A stretch of 61,047 nucleotides of DNA, counting the filler, from Jimgerdemannia flammicorona (lineage: Eukaryota), in assembly GCA_003990765.1 (NCBI GenBank). It is 2 parts of 2 records of this genome, joined end to end, with 100 filler letters (N's around TTAATTAATTAA, not from the genome) between each part and the next. Parts side by side here need not be neighbours in the genome. Positions count along the whole stretch, not along the records: positions 30,580 to 61,047 come from RBNJ01000443.1; 1 more part is not named here. One strand, given 5' to 3'. This document shows, piece after piece, positions 38,412-51,073 of this stretch; positions within the stretch are counted from its first letter, which is position 1, and each line of letters starts with the position of its first letter. The position numbers and the translations under genes are program-made. Under the pieces are notes generated by a model, which saw only the letters and a list, made by a program, of their open reading frames with translations, searched no databases and had not been told where the DNA came from.

Positions 38412-41400
38412 AATATTTCTTGAGTCAGTTTCAGTGAATGGTGGTGGGGATTATTGTGCCTGAGGGTTTTCATAGCCAAAAGGTGGTCTCTTTTATATCT
38501 TACACAAGGTAAGGTCCTTCCCACTTGGGCTCCAGTTTTCATGACCATGAAGCTTCTACCATATTCCGATACACTAGGACTTTGTCTCCTATCTTGATAA
38601 TCTCCAAGGGCTTGTGGGTCTTTTCCGCATTCCTCTGTTGTAGTATCTGTGCCTTGGTTATGTAATCCTCAGCCTTCTTCCTGATTTGGTGTAGTCTCCA
38701 TATTTCTATGTCCATATGTTTCCATACAGCATCTCCATTGAATGATAGGGTTCCTTGAGAACATTCTTCTCCAAATAACATTTCTCAAGGGGTAAAATGG
38801 GTAGTTTGTAATCAGATATCCCAGAGAGCAGATAGTGCTATTGGCAGATAGTGATCCCAGTTCTCGTAGTTATCACAGATCTTGGCGATAACATTCTTGA
38901 GAGTTTTGTTGGTCCTTTCTACTTGTCCGTTTCCTTGGGGGTGATAGGCTGTGGTCCGAATGTGCTGGATCTTGTACTTCTTGTAGAGAACCTCAAAGAG
39001 CTGGTTCATGAATTCTGTTCCTCTATCTGTAGTTACTTGTGTTGGGGTCTTGAACTGGCAGATGATTTCCTTGTGGAAGAAATCGGTGATTGACTGTGCA
39101 TTGGCTTCCTTGAGGGGTCCTGCTTCTATCCACTTCATAAAAAGGTCTACGATGACAATGATGTATCAGTTACCAGTCAGGGTCAAGGGTAGAGGGCTGA
39201 TTACATCCATGCTATATGGGCAAATGGTACTGGTTCTATGTGTGCTGATCCTGGGGCTTGATTCTGTTGGTCTTGTTTCTGTTTCTGGCATTTGTTGCAT
39301 ATCTTGACAAATTGTCTGATATCTTCCTCCATCCCTGGCCACCATATTGTTCATCTTGCCTTGTCATATGTATTCGTTCCTTCTAGATGGCCAAGTTCAT
39401 ATACTGATTTCATTGCTTGCTCCTTCTTGTATTCTGGTATGACCAGTAGTTTTCCTTTCTTCAGTGTTTCTCTGTCAGTTTCGAATTGTTTCCTTGTCCT
39501 GTTGATAATCATTTGTGTCCATACTTCCAGATGTTGGGGCATCTTTCGCTGTCCCAGGTGTGTGATAATTCCATAGTAGATCTCCTTATTCATGTTTGAT
39601 TTGTTGGTTGGAGGTAGTTCGAGGTGTCCATGAGAGAGTATCTGCATTGGAATTTGTTCTTCCAGGGCAGTGTATGATGGTTACATCATAGGCTTATAAC
39701 TTCATTATCCATCTGGCATAGATTCCCTTGGGTTGTCCAGTTGTCAGTAGCCAGGTGAGAGCTGAGTGGTCCGTCTGGATGGTGAAGTGTCTTCCAGCCA
39801 GATAGTAGTGGAACTTTTCCACAGCCCAGATGACTGCAAGGCATTCCAACTTATAGGACTCATATTCTTTTTCAGCCCCTTGGGTTCCATGGCTAAGATA
39901 TGCAATGACATACTCTTTTTTGTCTTCTTTTTGAGCTAGGACTGCTCCTAGTCTCTGTGCACTTGCATTCATCTGAAGGATAAATTCTTGGGTCCAATTG
40001 GGTCGTCTGAGAATGGGTGCCTGAGTTAGTCTGATCTTGAGTTTGTCAAATGCTTTTTGTTGTCTGCCAGTCCACTGGAACTTGGTATCCTTCTTGTTGA
40101 GTTCATAGATTGGACCTGCAATGTTGGAGAATCCTCTAATGAATCTGTGATAGTAGGAGGCAAGTCCCATGAAGGCTTGGGCTTCTGTGACAGTAGTGGG
40201 CCTTGGGTATGCTGCTACCACTTGTATTTTGAGGGGGTCCATGTGTGTTCCATCTTGATTGATAATATGGCCAAGATAGGAGATCTTGATTTCTGCAAAC
40301 TTACACTTCTTGGGTTTGATATATAGGCCATGTTGTCTTAGTCTCTCCATTATCTGCTGTATGTGCTGCAGATATTCCTCAGGTGTCTTGCTGTAGATGA
40401 TTATATCATCGACATAGACCATCATCCATCTTCCCATGTCATAGTGGAAGATTTTGTTCATCATTCGCTGAAAGCTTGCTGGTGCATTGCACATTCCGAA
40501 TGGCATTCATAGGTAGATGTAGGTTCTGTCAGGGGTGATGAAGGCTGACTTTTCGCTTGCCATCTCTGTGAGTCCGATTTGGTGAAATCCTGAGTATAAG
40601 TCCAAGGTGCTGTAGTACTCTGCTTCATCTCCCAGTGTTATGTATAAGGATGTCACTGATGAGCGGCAGTAGTTGGTGATCCTTCTTGGTAACTGCATTG
40701 AGCTTTCTGTAGTCAACACAGAGCCTTGGGGCAAATTCTCCAGGGTTGCTTCCTTTTTTTGGGGCTAGTATGTACAACTGGTGAAGACCAGGGGCTACTG
40801 GCTTCTTTGATGATGCCGGCTTCTTCCATCTGCTTGATTTCTTCTCTGAGCCATTCTCAGTAGGCTGGCGGGACAGGTCTTGCCTTCTGATAAATTGGTT
40901 TGGTGTCTCCGGTATCTACCTTGTGATAGTAGTGTGGGGTCTTTCCCTTGATATCCTTGAAATCTGTGGCAAGGACATCCTCGAATTTGTGGAGTATTTT
41001 CTTGAGTTCCTCCTTGAGTGGGAATTCATCTCCAATGGTGTAACTGTGCTTGCTTGTGTTTTTCTCCTTCTTATGCTCGAGTTCGGTGATCTTGGTGCTG
41101 GTGAATACTCCTCTTCCTGTGGATCCGAATCCTTTCTTTCCTCTTTTCATTTCCTCCAGATTCTTGACTTCTATGATCCTTGGCTGTATGATTGGGAAGA
41201 TCAACATCTGTGCCAATCTGTCCTTCTTCTTGACTGAGAATGGAATTGTAGGATTGTGGTTCCTAGCAATAAGTAGAATTTCTCCGGTATAGTCTGAATC
41301 AATGACTCCTCCTTCGATTGTGATTTCGCTTCTAGCCAGGCTGCTTCTTGTCTTGAGAATCCCAACATGATCCTTTGGGATGGTCAGTTGCGAGTAGGGT

Positions 41401-43574
41401 GGTTGTCTGGGGTTCCAGTACAGTTTCTTCTACTGTAGTGATGTTCATTCTGGCTGCGTTTTCTGACTTGTATTCTGGCAAGACTGCATCAGGGTGGATC
41501 TTTCGAATCTTGACCTTGATTTCTTCTTCATCATCACTGTCCTCCAGGAGGGCTGGCAGTTTGTCATCTTCCTCCTTCTCTTCTTCCCTGATCTGTTTTT
41601 CAAGAGCTTTCTGCCTTTTTTCCTGGTAGATCTTATTGGTTCTGATGGTGTACTGGTAGCAATCGTTGACATGCTCCATACAGTACATCTTGATTCCATG
41701 AGGACAGACTCCTTGTTGGGCATAGCCTTTTGCAATCTTTTTGTACCATTCTTCTTCACTCATCCATCCAACTTTCTTCTTCTTTGAAATAGTCACCATA
41801 TAAGCTTCCTCTTGCTCACTCTCTTCTTCCTCCATATCAGACAGGACTCCTTTGTTGATATTGATGGGAATTCATATCTTCTGTCCGTGGTAGGTGATCT
41901 GCATCTTCTGAGCATTGAGATCAATTACCGCCTTGGCTTTGTGAAGCCATTGATTGCCGATGAGGATATCATAGTTAGTGGCATTGGTTACGATTACATC
42001 TACTGGGATTGTTGCTCCTCCGATCTTGATGGGAACATCTCAGATCTTTCCCAGAGGTGTGGCTCTTGTGCCATTGGCTGTGACAAATACTAGCTTAGTT
42101 GCTTCTTCCACATCCCAACCTAGGCACTCTGCTGCCTTCTTACTGAGGAGACATCCTCCTGCTCCTGTATCAATGATGGCTTCAAAGGTTCTATCTTCGA
42201 TTTGGCATGTTGCATAAGCAGAGGTTTTTCGATTATCCTCACTTTCTTCTCCTAAGTCCTCTTGAACATTATTGACCTCAGTTATCTTCCATCCTTGTTC
42301 CTTGGTTGTTTCAGTAAGTCCAAACCTCATTTGCTGTCTGAATGTTGGGATTTCTGCGAGCTGACCAAAGGTTGCATTGACCTTTTGTTGACTGAGATCC
42401 TTAAAGATATTATACTTGAAGGTCTCGGTCTTGCAAAGCTTCTTTTCTTTTTCTCCTTCACTGGCTGAAGTGGTTCCTCAGATGATATCTTGAACTGCTT
42501 GCTCCAGCTCGATATCTTGGTCCATCTCTTCAGCTTGACTTTCTGTGTCAGTTTCCATCCACTTTTCCACTGGGTTCTTCTTGGGTCTTCCTGGTGGTCT
42601 CTTGTAGGGTTCTTTGCAAGCATCCTTCTTGGTGGTCTGAGCAGGATAGGCCTCCCATTTCTCTTCATCAGATTCTCTGATTTCTTCAAAGGTGATTTTA
42701 TTAGCCTGCTCCTTGTTTTATGTGGCATTGCTTGGTTGAACCTTGTGTTTGGTTTCACTCAACATTCATAGGAGTAGTGATCTTCTTCTCCACAGCTGTA
42801 GCAGGTACCTTTCTTCTTGTCTGAGGTAGTGGCAAACTTCTGAACAGGGCGGCGATCTCTTCCCCGGATTTCCTTTACCATATCTCCCAGGTGGGCAGTC
42901 ATTTCAGCAAACCTTTTGGCAAGTTCCTCCATAGGGTCACTGTTCTTTTTCTGCTCTGTAGCTTTTGGCTGAGGTGTGTTTCGATTGAGCATTGTGGTGG
43001 GGATCACACTGGTTGCCTTGGGTGCCTTGATTCTGACTCCTGTAACTCTCTCTATTGTATGGTCTTGTGGGTGTCTGGCTATCTAGTATCGCTGAGCATA
43101 GGTGACCTTCTGTGGCAGATCCAGAATCACTGGTGGTGAGTGGATGGCCATGGCTATTTCTGGATGGACTCCTTTCATGAAGGTTACTTTGGCTAATTGA
43201 TCTCAGATAGCAGCAGCATAATCTGCAAGGATTATCTAATATCGAATCCTGGTACAGAATGTGTTTGGATCCTCACTCATTCCTTGGCATATTGTGTTGA
43301 GCTGATCCTTCAGAGCTTGCTTGATCTCATCTGTGTAATATGTATTTCAGAGCCAGGTCTTCTGTGCTGTCAGTATGGTATCGGCATCATTTCCTGCATG
43401 GGTTGTGGCTGTGAATGCTGCTCTGGCAGGGCCTTGTAGACTGAAGGGCATGAGGGCTACTTGCTGTGCTGCTGTCAGAGTCCTTACAGCAGCATACTGC
43501 TCGAAATCGTCAATGAAGATGATGATTGATTCATCTGAGATATATCCATGGAATACTGGTGGTCTCATATCCAT
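38401..43574 (-). pseudogene. Family B gag-pol, disrupted
   Basis: CYSCGEEDHYSYEC; AIIDTGAG; dUTPase GVIDSDYTGEI and RGKKGFGSTG; YVDDIIIYS; RNase H; TDRGTEF, HPQGNGQVER; WEGPY. Confidence 0.93.
41110..41520 (-). pseudogene. dUTPase domain of family B, between protease and RT
   Basis: IRKIHPDAVLP; IEGGVIDSDYTGEI; AQMLIFP; RGKKGFGSTG. Confidence 0.88.
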
Positions 43575-43688
43575 CTTGTCTGAGTATTGGGGCTCGGTTT
43601 GTATGGTTGTTCAGGGGGTGGTGGTTGTTCATTGTTCAGCTTGAAAGTGAGGGATTCATCTTAAATCACCAGCCAATGGGCACCAAGT

Positions 43689-44155
43689 TGTAATGTAGCA
43701 GACACTTACTCTTGAAAGTACGTCGGATTTCTGTATCTTGAAAACTTGACCATTCTGACTCTTGCAGAGTCTCTTGAAGTTGTAGGGGAGGGTGGGTGAG
43801 TTCAAAGTGTATCTGCCCACAGGCTTACTAGTTCCTTTACTATCTCTTTGCTTTGAACTATTTCAATCTGAGGTTTATTCACTCGAAGATGCTGGGTTAT
43901 TTATACAAGTTTGCTAGCTATGAGATGGCTACTGAGTTACATGGCTAAGTTATGAGTCATTTAGACAATGTCTAGAAATTTAGACAATGTTGAAATGCTA
44001 TACTAAATCGGGGTGTTCGATTTGGATAATGTCTAAGAATTTAGACAATGTCGAAATCGAAGACTGCTAACTATAAGGCTATACTACTTTGGGACTGGGT
44101 GCGATCAAGTGTCTATTCCCTATTTCCTTCTTCCAAATTTGGCTGTACCATCACA
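43689..44155 (-). repeat. 5' LTR, family B
   Basis: Followed on the minus strand by ACT-TGGTGCCCA PBS. Confidence 0.95.
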
Positions 44156-47100
44156 GTATATAGATAATTCCAATATCTATTCAGAAAATTTTAAAGAACA
44201 CCTACACTACCTAGAGGAATTCTTCAAACTCACCTACAAGAATCACTTGAGATTGAATGCAAAGAAATGCTACTTTGGGAAACAGAAACTTGAATTTCTT
44301 GGATTCATAGTATCAAAAGAAGGAATCCATGCAGAACCAAAGAAAACTAAGAAGATCAACAATTGGCCAGTACTCAAGACTCTAAAGGAAATACTATTAT
44401 TCCTGATGCTAGTATCCTACTATGGAAGATTTATCAAGGACTTTGCCCAAATCACTGCCCCAATCCGAATCCTTCTCAAGAAATGAGTGCTATTCAAATG
44501 GACAGAATCACAAGAAAAAGCCTTCAAAGAACTTAAGAACTTCATGACTACAGCACCAATCCTTATGTGCCCCAATCTACAGAAGCCATTCATCTTGTAT
44601 ACAGATGCTTCTAAAGATATCCTTGGAGCAGTTCTAGCCCAAGAAGGACCTGATCAACAGTACTATACAATAGCTTATACAAGCAGAGCTATCAATCAGC
44701 AGCAGATGAACTATGGTAGCACCAAACTGGAATATCTTGCAGTCATATGGGCAGTCACTCTATTTAAGTATTACTTCATCAGAAAAAGATTCATCCTGAT
44801 CACAGACCATACAGCTCTCAAATGGCTATTCAACTGCAAGAAACCTACCAGAATCCTAGCCCACTGGATCCTTATCCTTCAGGATTACAAAATCACCATC
44901 ATCTACAAAGTAGGGAAAGCTCATAACAATATTGATATACTTTCCCACCAGCCCCAATGAACCAGAAGAAAGGTGTCTCAAGGAACTACACCCTAAAGGA
45001 AGCTTCTCAGACCATCAAAGTATAAGAAGATCTCATCTGAAAAGAATATCAGAAAGTCCACCAAGGACAGGCGAATGTAGAAGAGAAGTTGTGAACAATA
45101 CACCAATATTGGCCCAATCTTAGAATACAAGTCTGGGACATACTTAAGAAATGTGACATCTGCCAGAAGTAATAAGGAAGGAAGAACTATCAAGCACCAC
45201 TGCAACCATTGCACCACCAGATAACATCTTTCAGAGATGAGGAATAGATGTAATTGGACCTCTACCAGTTACACCAAGAAGAAATAAATATATTCTTATA
45301 TTTGTGGAACATCTGACCAAGTGGCCTGAGGATTTCTCAATGGAAATCACAGATGCCCTAACCATTGTAGGTCTTCTCCATAGACTCACACTCAGATATA
45401 GACCCCCAGAAGAACTCATCTCTAACTGAGGCACAGAATTTATCAATAATATAATCACAAGTTATACCTGAATTCACAAGATCCACCTAAAATGGACCAC
45501 ATCATACCACTCTCAGACCAATAGTATGACAGAAAGAATGAACCAGACCATCAAGAAAGGACTTGCCCAAGTCAATCCTACCAATTGGGACCTCTGCTTA
45601 CCTGAGATCCTATGGGAAATTTGGAATACCCCTGCTGCCTCCACCAGACAAAAGCCATTCAAAATGATGTTTGCCAAGAAGACCAGGACTGCTGATCATG
45701 AGAATCTCAGAGATCTCCTCAAGAAGGCAGAACAGTTATATAATCAAGCCCAAGGTCAGATTATCAAAGCCCAGGAAAGACAAAAGTATTATAACCAGAA
45801 ACAGAAATATCAGGAGATCAAGATTGGAGATCAAGTACTAGTTTGGAGAAGCATGATTGAAACAAATTTTGCCACCAAATTGGAACCCAAATAGGAAGGA
45901 TCTTATCTTGTACATAATATCTGATAAACTAGCATCTATTTAAGCAGCATAGATAGATGAACCCTGAGAACACCAGTATACATCAATTACCTCAAACTAT
46001 ATCTTCCCTCTACACTATGAGCCAAAGGATTGATCAGTGCCTCCAGACATTGGTCCTCAGCTCCTTCCAGACTCTGCCAGTTCTTCTACCCCAATTTTGC
46101 CAAGCTAATGGAAACCCCATTCAGAAGATCCAAGTTTACTAAGAAAATCTCACATGGGCGAGACACCTACTTCAAGTCCACCAACTGCAGGCCTATTATG
46201 CAATTGGTGAACAATTACAGAACCTTCCAGCCTTAGAGCAGACCTACATCAGGAACACTACAAGTCTGACCAGAAGAGATACTACTGCTGCAAACAGACT
46301 ATACACTATTTATAAATGAAATGTCACAGCTCTGATACAGACACAGTTTTCTCTGAATGACATTCAAGAAATGAACCCTATTACCTATTTGAGCATCATC
46401 AATTATGTCGAAATTCTATTCTCTGAAGAAGAAGAAGAGTCTATAGAATGGAGTGACCCTAGTACAGATAATGAAGATGACAGAACAGATATAGATGTAG
46501 AAGCAGCTTATGCTTATTAGGATGATGACTAAAGAACAGTCAGGGACAGACTATCCTTCAGTGGGGGCTGATGTAACAAACCAAAATGTACCATCCGAAT
46601 TATAACTTAACCAGATGATGTGAATAATTAGCATACTTAATCAGATGATGTGGGCTCTCAGCATAACATAACTTCCAGTGTATCATATTTACTCATGCCC
46701 CCACACTTATAATTAGCCAGAATACCAGAGTCTGTTTACCTGTACAGACTCTGTACATCATATAGACTCTGTATACTGTATAGGTCCTGTATACCATACA
46801 GACTCTGTATATCTGCCATAAGTAGCAAACCTATAGTTAGCTACATAGCAATCAGATAGCAACTAACTTGTATAAATTACCCCAGAGACAAGAGTGAATA
46901 AACCTCCATCTGAATTGAAGTGCAAACCAAAGAAGCCTCTAAAGATTGAGCATTGGTCCTCTTATTCCCACTCCAGTCTACTTTCTGATATAAAGCTGAA
47001 TTTGCCACCAAGTTCAAGTGAAGAACTTTGCTGCTTTTGAAATTATTGTTATTGGTATGCTTGCCAGATAAGCCTAAAGAACCCAAGTCCCCACCACCTA

Positions 47101-47958
47101 AGAGAAAGCCACCTTGCTCAAGCCAGTTTCTGATATAACTTCGCAGTGATCCATTCATGCAAACAAAGCCAGTCTTTGATGCAACTTTGCCAAGAGACTC
47201 TTTCCAAGAAAGCTGCCAGCATATTTCCCAGTTGAAGCCACCAATTTAGAAGAATCTGTACCATTGTATTCTTAGTTGAAGCTGCTATTTTCGAGTTATC
47301 TGCATTCATAGAGAATCCACAACACCCAAGTTATTATTTCCAGAAGAGCCTGATTCAGAAGAATCTGTGCCATCTGAGTTATTTCCCAGAGAGCTGCCAG
47401 TTAAGAAGAAGAATCTGTGACATCTGAGTTGTTCAAGTTATCTGAGTTGTCCACCACAAAAATTATTAATTGTTCCCAGTAAGCCTGAGAAGAACCTGCT
47501 GCCAGTATAATTCCCAGTAAGCTGCTATTTTAGGAAACTGCTGTACTATACAGAGATAACCCATTGCCCAAGAAAGGAATACTGCTAAATTACCAGACCA
47601 TCATGCATAAGGAACCCATGCTGCACAGAGATCATTATGCTATACAAGATTGCCATGCTCAGAAATTGCATACTTTTGGAGACTATCACCCAAGAAGGAA
47701 GCTGCTCATGCTATACACGAAATTCTACCAATTCTCAGTTGACCCAAGAAGGAAACCCATTCATACAAATCGCTGCTACACCTAGAGAATCGTCCTAATA
47801 AGGAAATCACTAGAATCACTTGCAGATATCCAGCTTTGACTATTATACCACTAAACACCAACAAGGACCTCAGGAATCTTAGAACATTTTGGGGCTCAAG
47901 CCAAACTACATCAACACCCAACCTTGTAATTTACCTCTATTGAGCCAGGCATGTTATA
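44156..47958 (+). mobile_element. Ty3 family C 3' fragment (RT end, RH, IN, ORF3, PPT, 3' LTR 46572-47958)
   Basis: Collinear with the reverse complement of 54959-58720; LYTDAS; PPT CAGTGGGGGCTGA then TGTAAC. Confidence 0.9.
46017..46532 (+). pseudogene. ORF3 of family C (171 codons, internal stops)
   Basis: MSQRIDQ...AYYAIGEQL...acidic tail; ATGA overlap with the pol stop. Confidence 0.8.
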
Positions 47959-47988
47959 ATATATAAGACTTTCATAAGTGATATATAG

Positions 47989-49876
47989 TGTGATGGCAAC
48001 TTCAAAACCAGTGATGTCAGAATTCAGAAGACTGTTCAGACTTCATAAGTCACTAGTTACAAATTGTGACTCAATTGTGACTCATCTTAATTATAAGATG
48101 ATCTGTGTCTGAACCCATAATGACTCATAATAACCTCAGTATTATACTATCTCAAATCAGATAACCCTACTCTCAAAGCCAAAGAAAAGACTCTTATGAT
48201 ATAAATGAAGTAATAAGAAGAAAAGTATAAAGCATCAAATAGGAGACTTTTAAAAAAATAAAATATCTACTATCTATCAAATAGCAAGATCAAGAAGCCA
48301 TCTAGGTCTATCAGTTTAAGAACAAATATTCACTAATATCAAGAGAGCTATAAGGTTATGTATAAGAAAGACTCCAAGCCTAAGTCTCTATATAAGAAAT
48401 CTCTACAACTATACCCTCAACTACTATAAAATAGAGATAAGAATTACCATCACTACTGAGTGTTTTTGGATATAACAAGAATATGAAAAAGGTCATCAAC
48501 TCTGCCAAAAACCCTTATAAACCAGCTCTTAAGAAATTGTGGACACTACTTATATGGGCAGATATAAATAGAAATTAGTCAAAAGAGTTCATCAGATCTT
48601 TAGTAGGCTTTTTCTAATCTAGAATATATCAAAGTCTCTGATATTTAAGAACTGATAAGCTGCTATACAGACTATCTTAAATAAATGATTACAGAAGAAG
48701 TCCAATCCACTATCATAGTTAAGAGTAATGAGATTTAAGATCTTTAGAACCTATCTTAGAGAACCATCCAGACTAATTTATTTATAGTTTGATTGTACTA
48801 TTTCAAGACTCTCTCTTGAGAGTCTGTTTTTCTCTGAATTTTACAGATATTATCTACTTTGTAGATGATATCACTATTGACTGTAGACCTCAAGAGCAGA
48901 ATGACTATATATACTTTGATGATATCATCAACAATGATATCACCTCTTAAAACAACTTAGAGAATAATAATGACCCACTTATTTTGCTTAAAGACAATAT
49001 TAATAACTTCCTTTTCTTACCCTCAGAGCTCTCCACTGACTTCAGCACATTTGTAGAGGATGTAAAAAATAATTTAGCTAGACTCTCTGAAGAAAAGGAG
49101 GATGAAGATGATATAATCTCAGTTATACTAAATTTTAAGTTAAATGAGAATAGCTCTATTAGCCAAATTGAGTAAGTTAGTTAGTTGAACAAATAGTAAC
49201 TATATATTAACTAGCTCAATTTATCACAAATATAAAATTTGCCTTATTCAGTTAGGTAGTTACTTGAATTCCAAAATCATACTAATTAGTATCTTCTAAT
49301 AATTGTAAGTTACAACCAATTACTTAGTCTTATACATATATAGTCTGAAAACTATAAATATCCTCTGATATATAATAAATAAATCTTAGTCAATTGGTCA
49401 GTAATACTAACTTAAGTTCTGAAAGACAAGGAAGTTGAGTGTAAGAACTTTGGAAAAAGACTCCAAGAGCTGAGAAATTACTCTTGCCATTGTGAAACTG
49501 AAGATTAAGATCAAGATCACATATTCAAGATATAAGTCAGTTGGTTAGTAAGTCAAAAAACCAAATTTTACTAAGTAAAGAAATCACTACTATTAGAAAA
49601 CAAGACTATGGGAAGACCCAAGAATATGCTAGACTGTCAAGAAATATAAAGAATATGTGAAAATTATTGTCAAGAACTATATAAATAACTACTGAATTCT
49701 GAATGACCAATAACTTGAGATATATGAACTTCAACTCAATATGAATATAAACAAACTAAATAGTAGTATATATGAATATTGAGCTGAGATTACTGTTAAG
49801 AAACAAACAGAAGATAGTAATTCAGAGATATATTGAGCTATATAGGAGTAATAAGAGATATAAATCACATGCTATA
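47989..49876 (+). repeat. 5' LTR of Ty3 family D (~1.9 kb, contains an ORF)
   Basis: TGTGATGG...GCTATA; followed by TTTTAGGAACTTAACTGAGA, which reads as a G-to-A/C-to-T-decayed tRNA-Pro-type PBS (TGGGGGCTCG..CGGGA); homologous to the solo LTR at 22485. Confidence 0.75.
48263..49175 (+). pseudogene. ORF inside the family D LTR, second copy
   Basis: EYEKGHQL...KLVKRVHQIF...LEYIKVSDI...SEEKEDEDDII..SSISQIE*. Confidence 0.7.
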
Positions 49877-51070
49877 TTTTAGGAACTTAACTGAGAAAGT
49901 TTTTTTAAGACTTCATCATTTGGCTCAAGAATCCAGCAGCTATCTATATTGAAGAATTCAGAAGAAACTAGGCAGCAGCAAGATCATGGCCAACAACAGC
50001 CTACTTCAGAAAGAGAAGCTCATATTATTATGAGGACAGCCCTTACCTTGTTTCAAACTAGTAGTCAGAAAACTAAATCAGAAGAAAGAAGTAATACAGA
50101 TTATGGTTTAACCTAAAAGAAAAGAAAATAACTCAGAGGACAACCTGAGTCTATTAAGATCTAAGGCCTAAAATAAGAAGAAGATTTTTTTTGAAGAATA
50201 TCAGACTCTAATCTACATTAGAGATTTAGGTAGAAGTGACTACATTTCTACTATCATCACCTGAGCTACTTTGCTGTATTAAGTATACTTTGAAATATCT
50301 GAAAGAGAAGAAGACTACTATTCCTATCTTCCAGAATAAGAGAAAGATAATGATTAGAGAAGTCAACCAACCTACCTAAGAGATGAATCCAATCTTTATT
50401 ACTACTCAAGCAGTAATATAGACTCTTGGCAAGATAAATGGAACCCTACTGCTTTATAACAGTAAGAGGTAGATGAACTGAACATTGGCTATATCAGTTC
50501 TATTCTAATTACTAAAATCTCAGTACTCTGGTCCTTCATACTCCAATATTATCCATAAGCAACAAGAAGCTCTAGCTCTCTCAGTACTTTAGTATTTAGT
50601 GACCACCATTTCTCAATTAGAGAATTACTACCATGGAATCTCTACTCTAGCTTTAATTAGAAGGGTCAGACTCTCATACTCTCACCAAGATACTACCTTT
50701 TATCAGTACCACTAGTTTATTAAATATCTTTACTATCTCTATCCCTACAAGCATTATTAAGAAACTCTACCCTAGAACCAGACTCAGATAGTAAAAATGA
50801 ACTAGATATAAGTTATCTTTAGAAATTTCATTAAAGATATCAAGAAATTCTTTTGAGAAATTGAAGTACAAAACAGTAGCTAAGTAGTAAGATACTCAGA
50901 GAAAGCTCAGAATTATGGAATCACTTCTAAGAGGACCTGCTTTACAGAAGTACATCTAAGCAAAGTAAGTTGGAGGAGTTATCTATAAGTAGAATATATA
51001 TGCTAATAATATTTAAGCAAATAGAGATTATGTAGATATATATAATATTTATAAAACCTGGCTCTATATC
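49877..51070 (+). pseudogene. Family D leader and gag remnant
   Basis: Follows the PBS; decayed coding-like sequence from ATG ~49986. Confidence 0.45.
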
Positions 51071-51073
51071 TAG

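Larger units (their letters stand above)
37446..44155 (-). mobile_element. Full-length Ty3/gypsy family B (gag-PR-dUTPase-RT-RH-IN-ORF3)
   Basis: Two 467-bp TG..CA LTRs; PBS TGGTGCCCATTGG; PPT AGGAGGAAGT; GTAT on both flanks. Confidence 0.95.
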
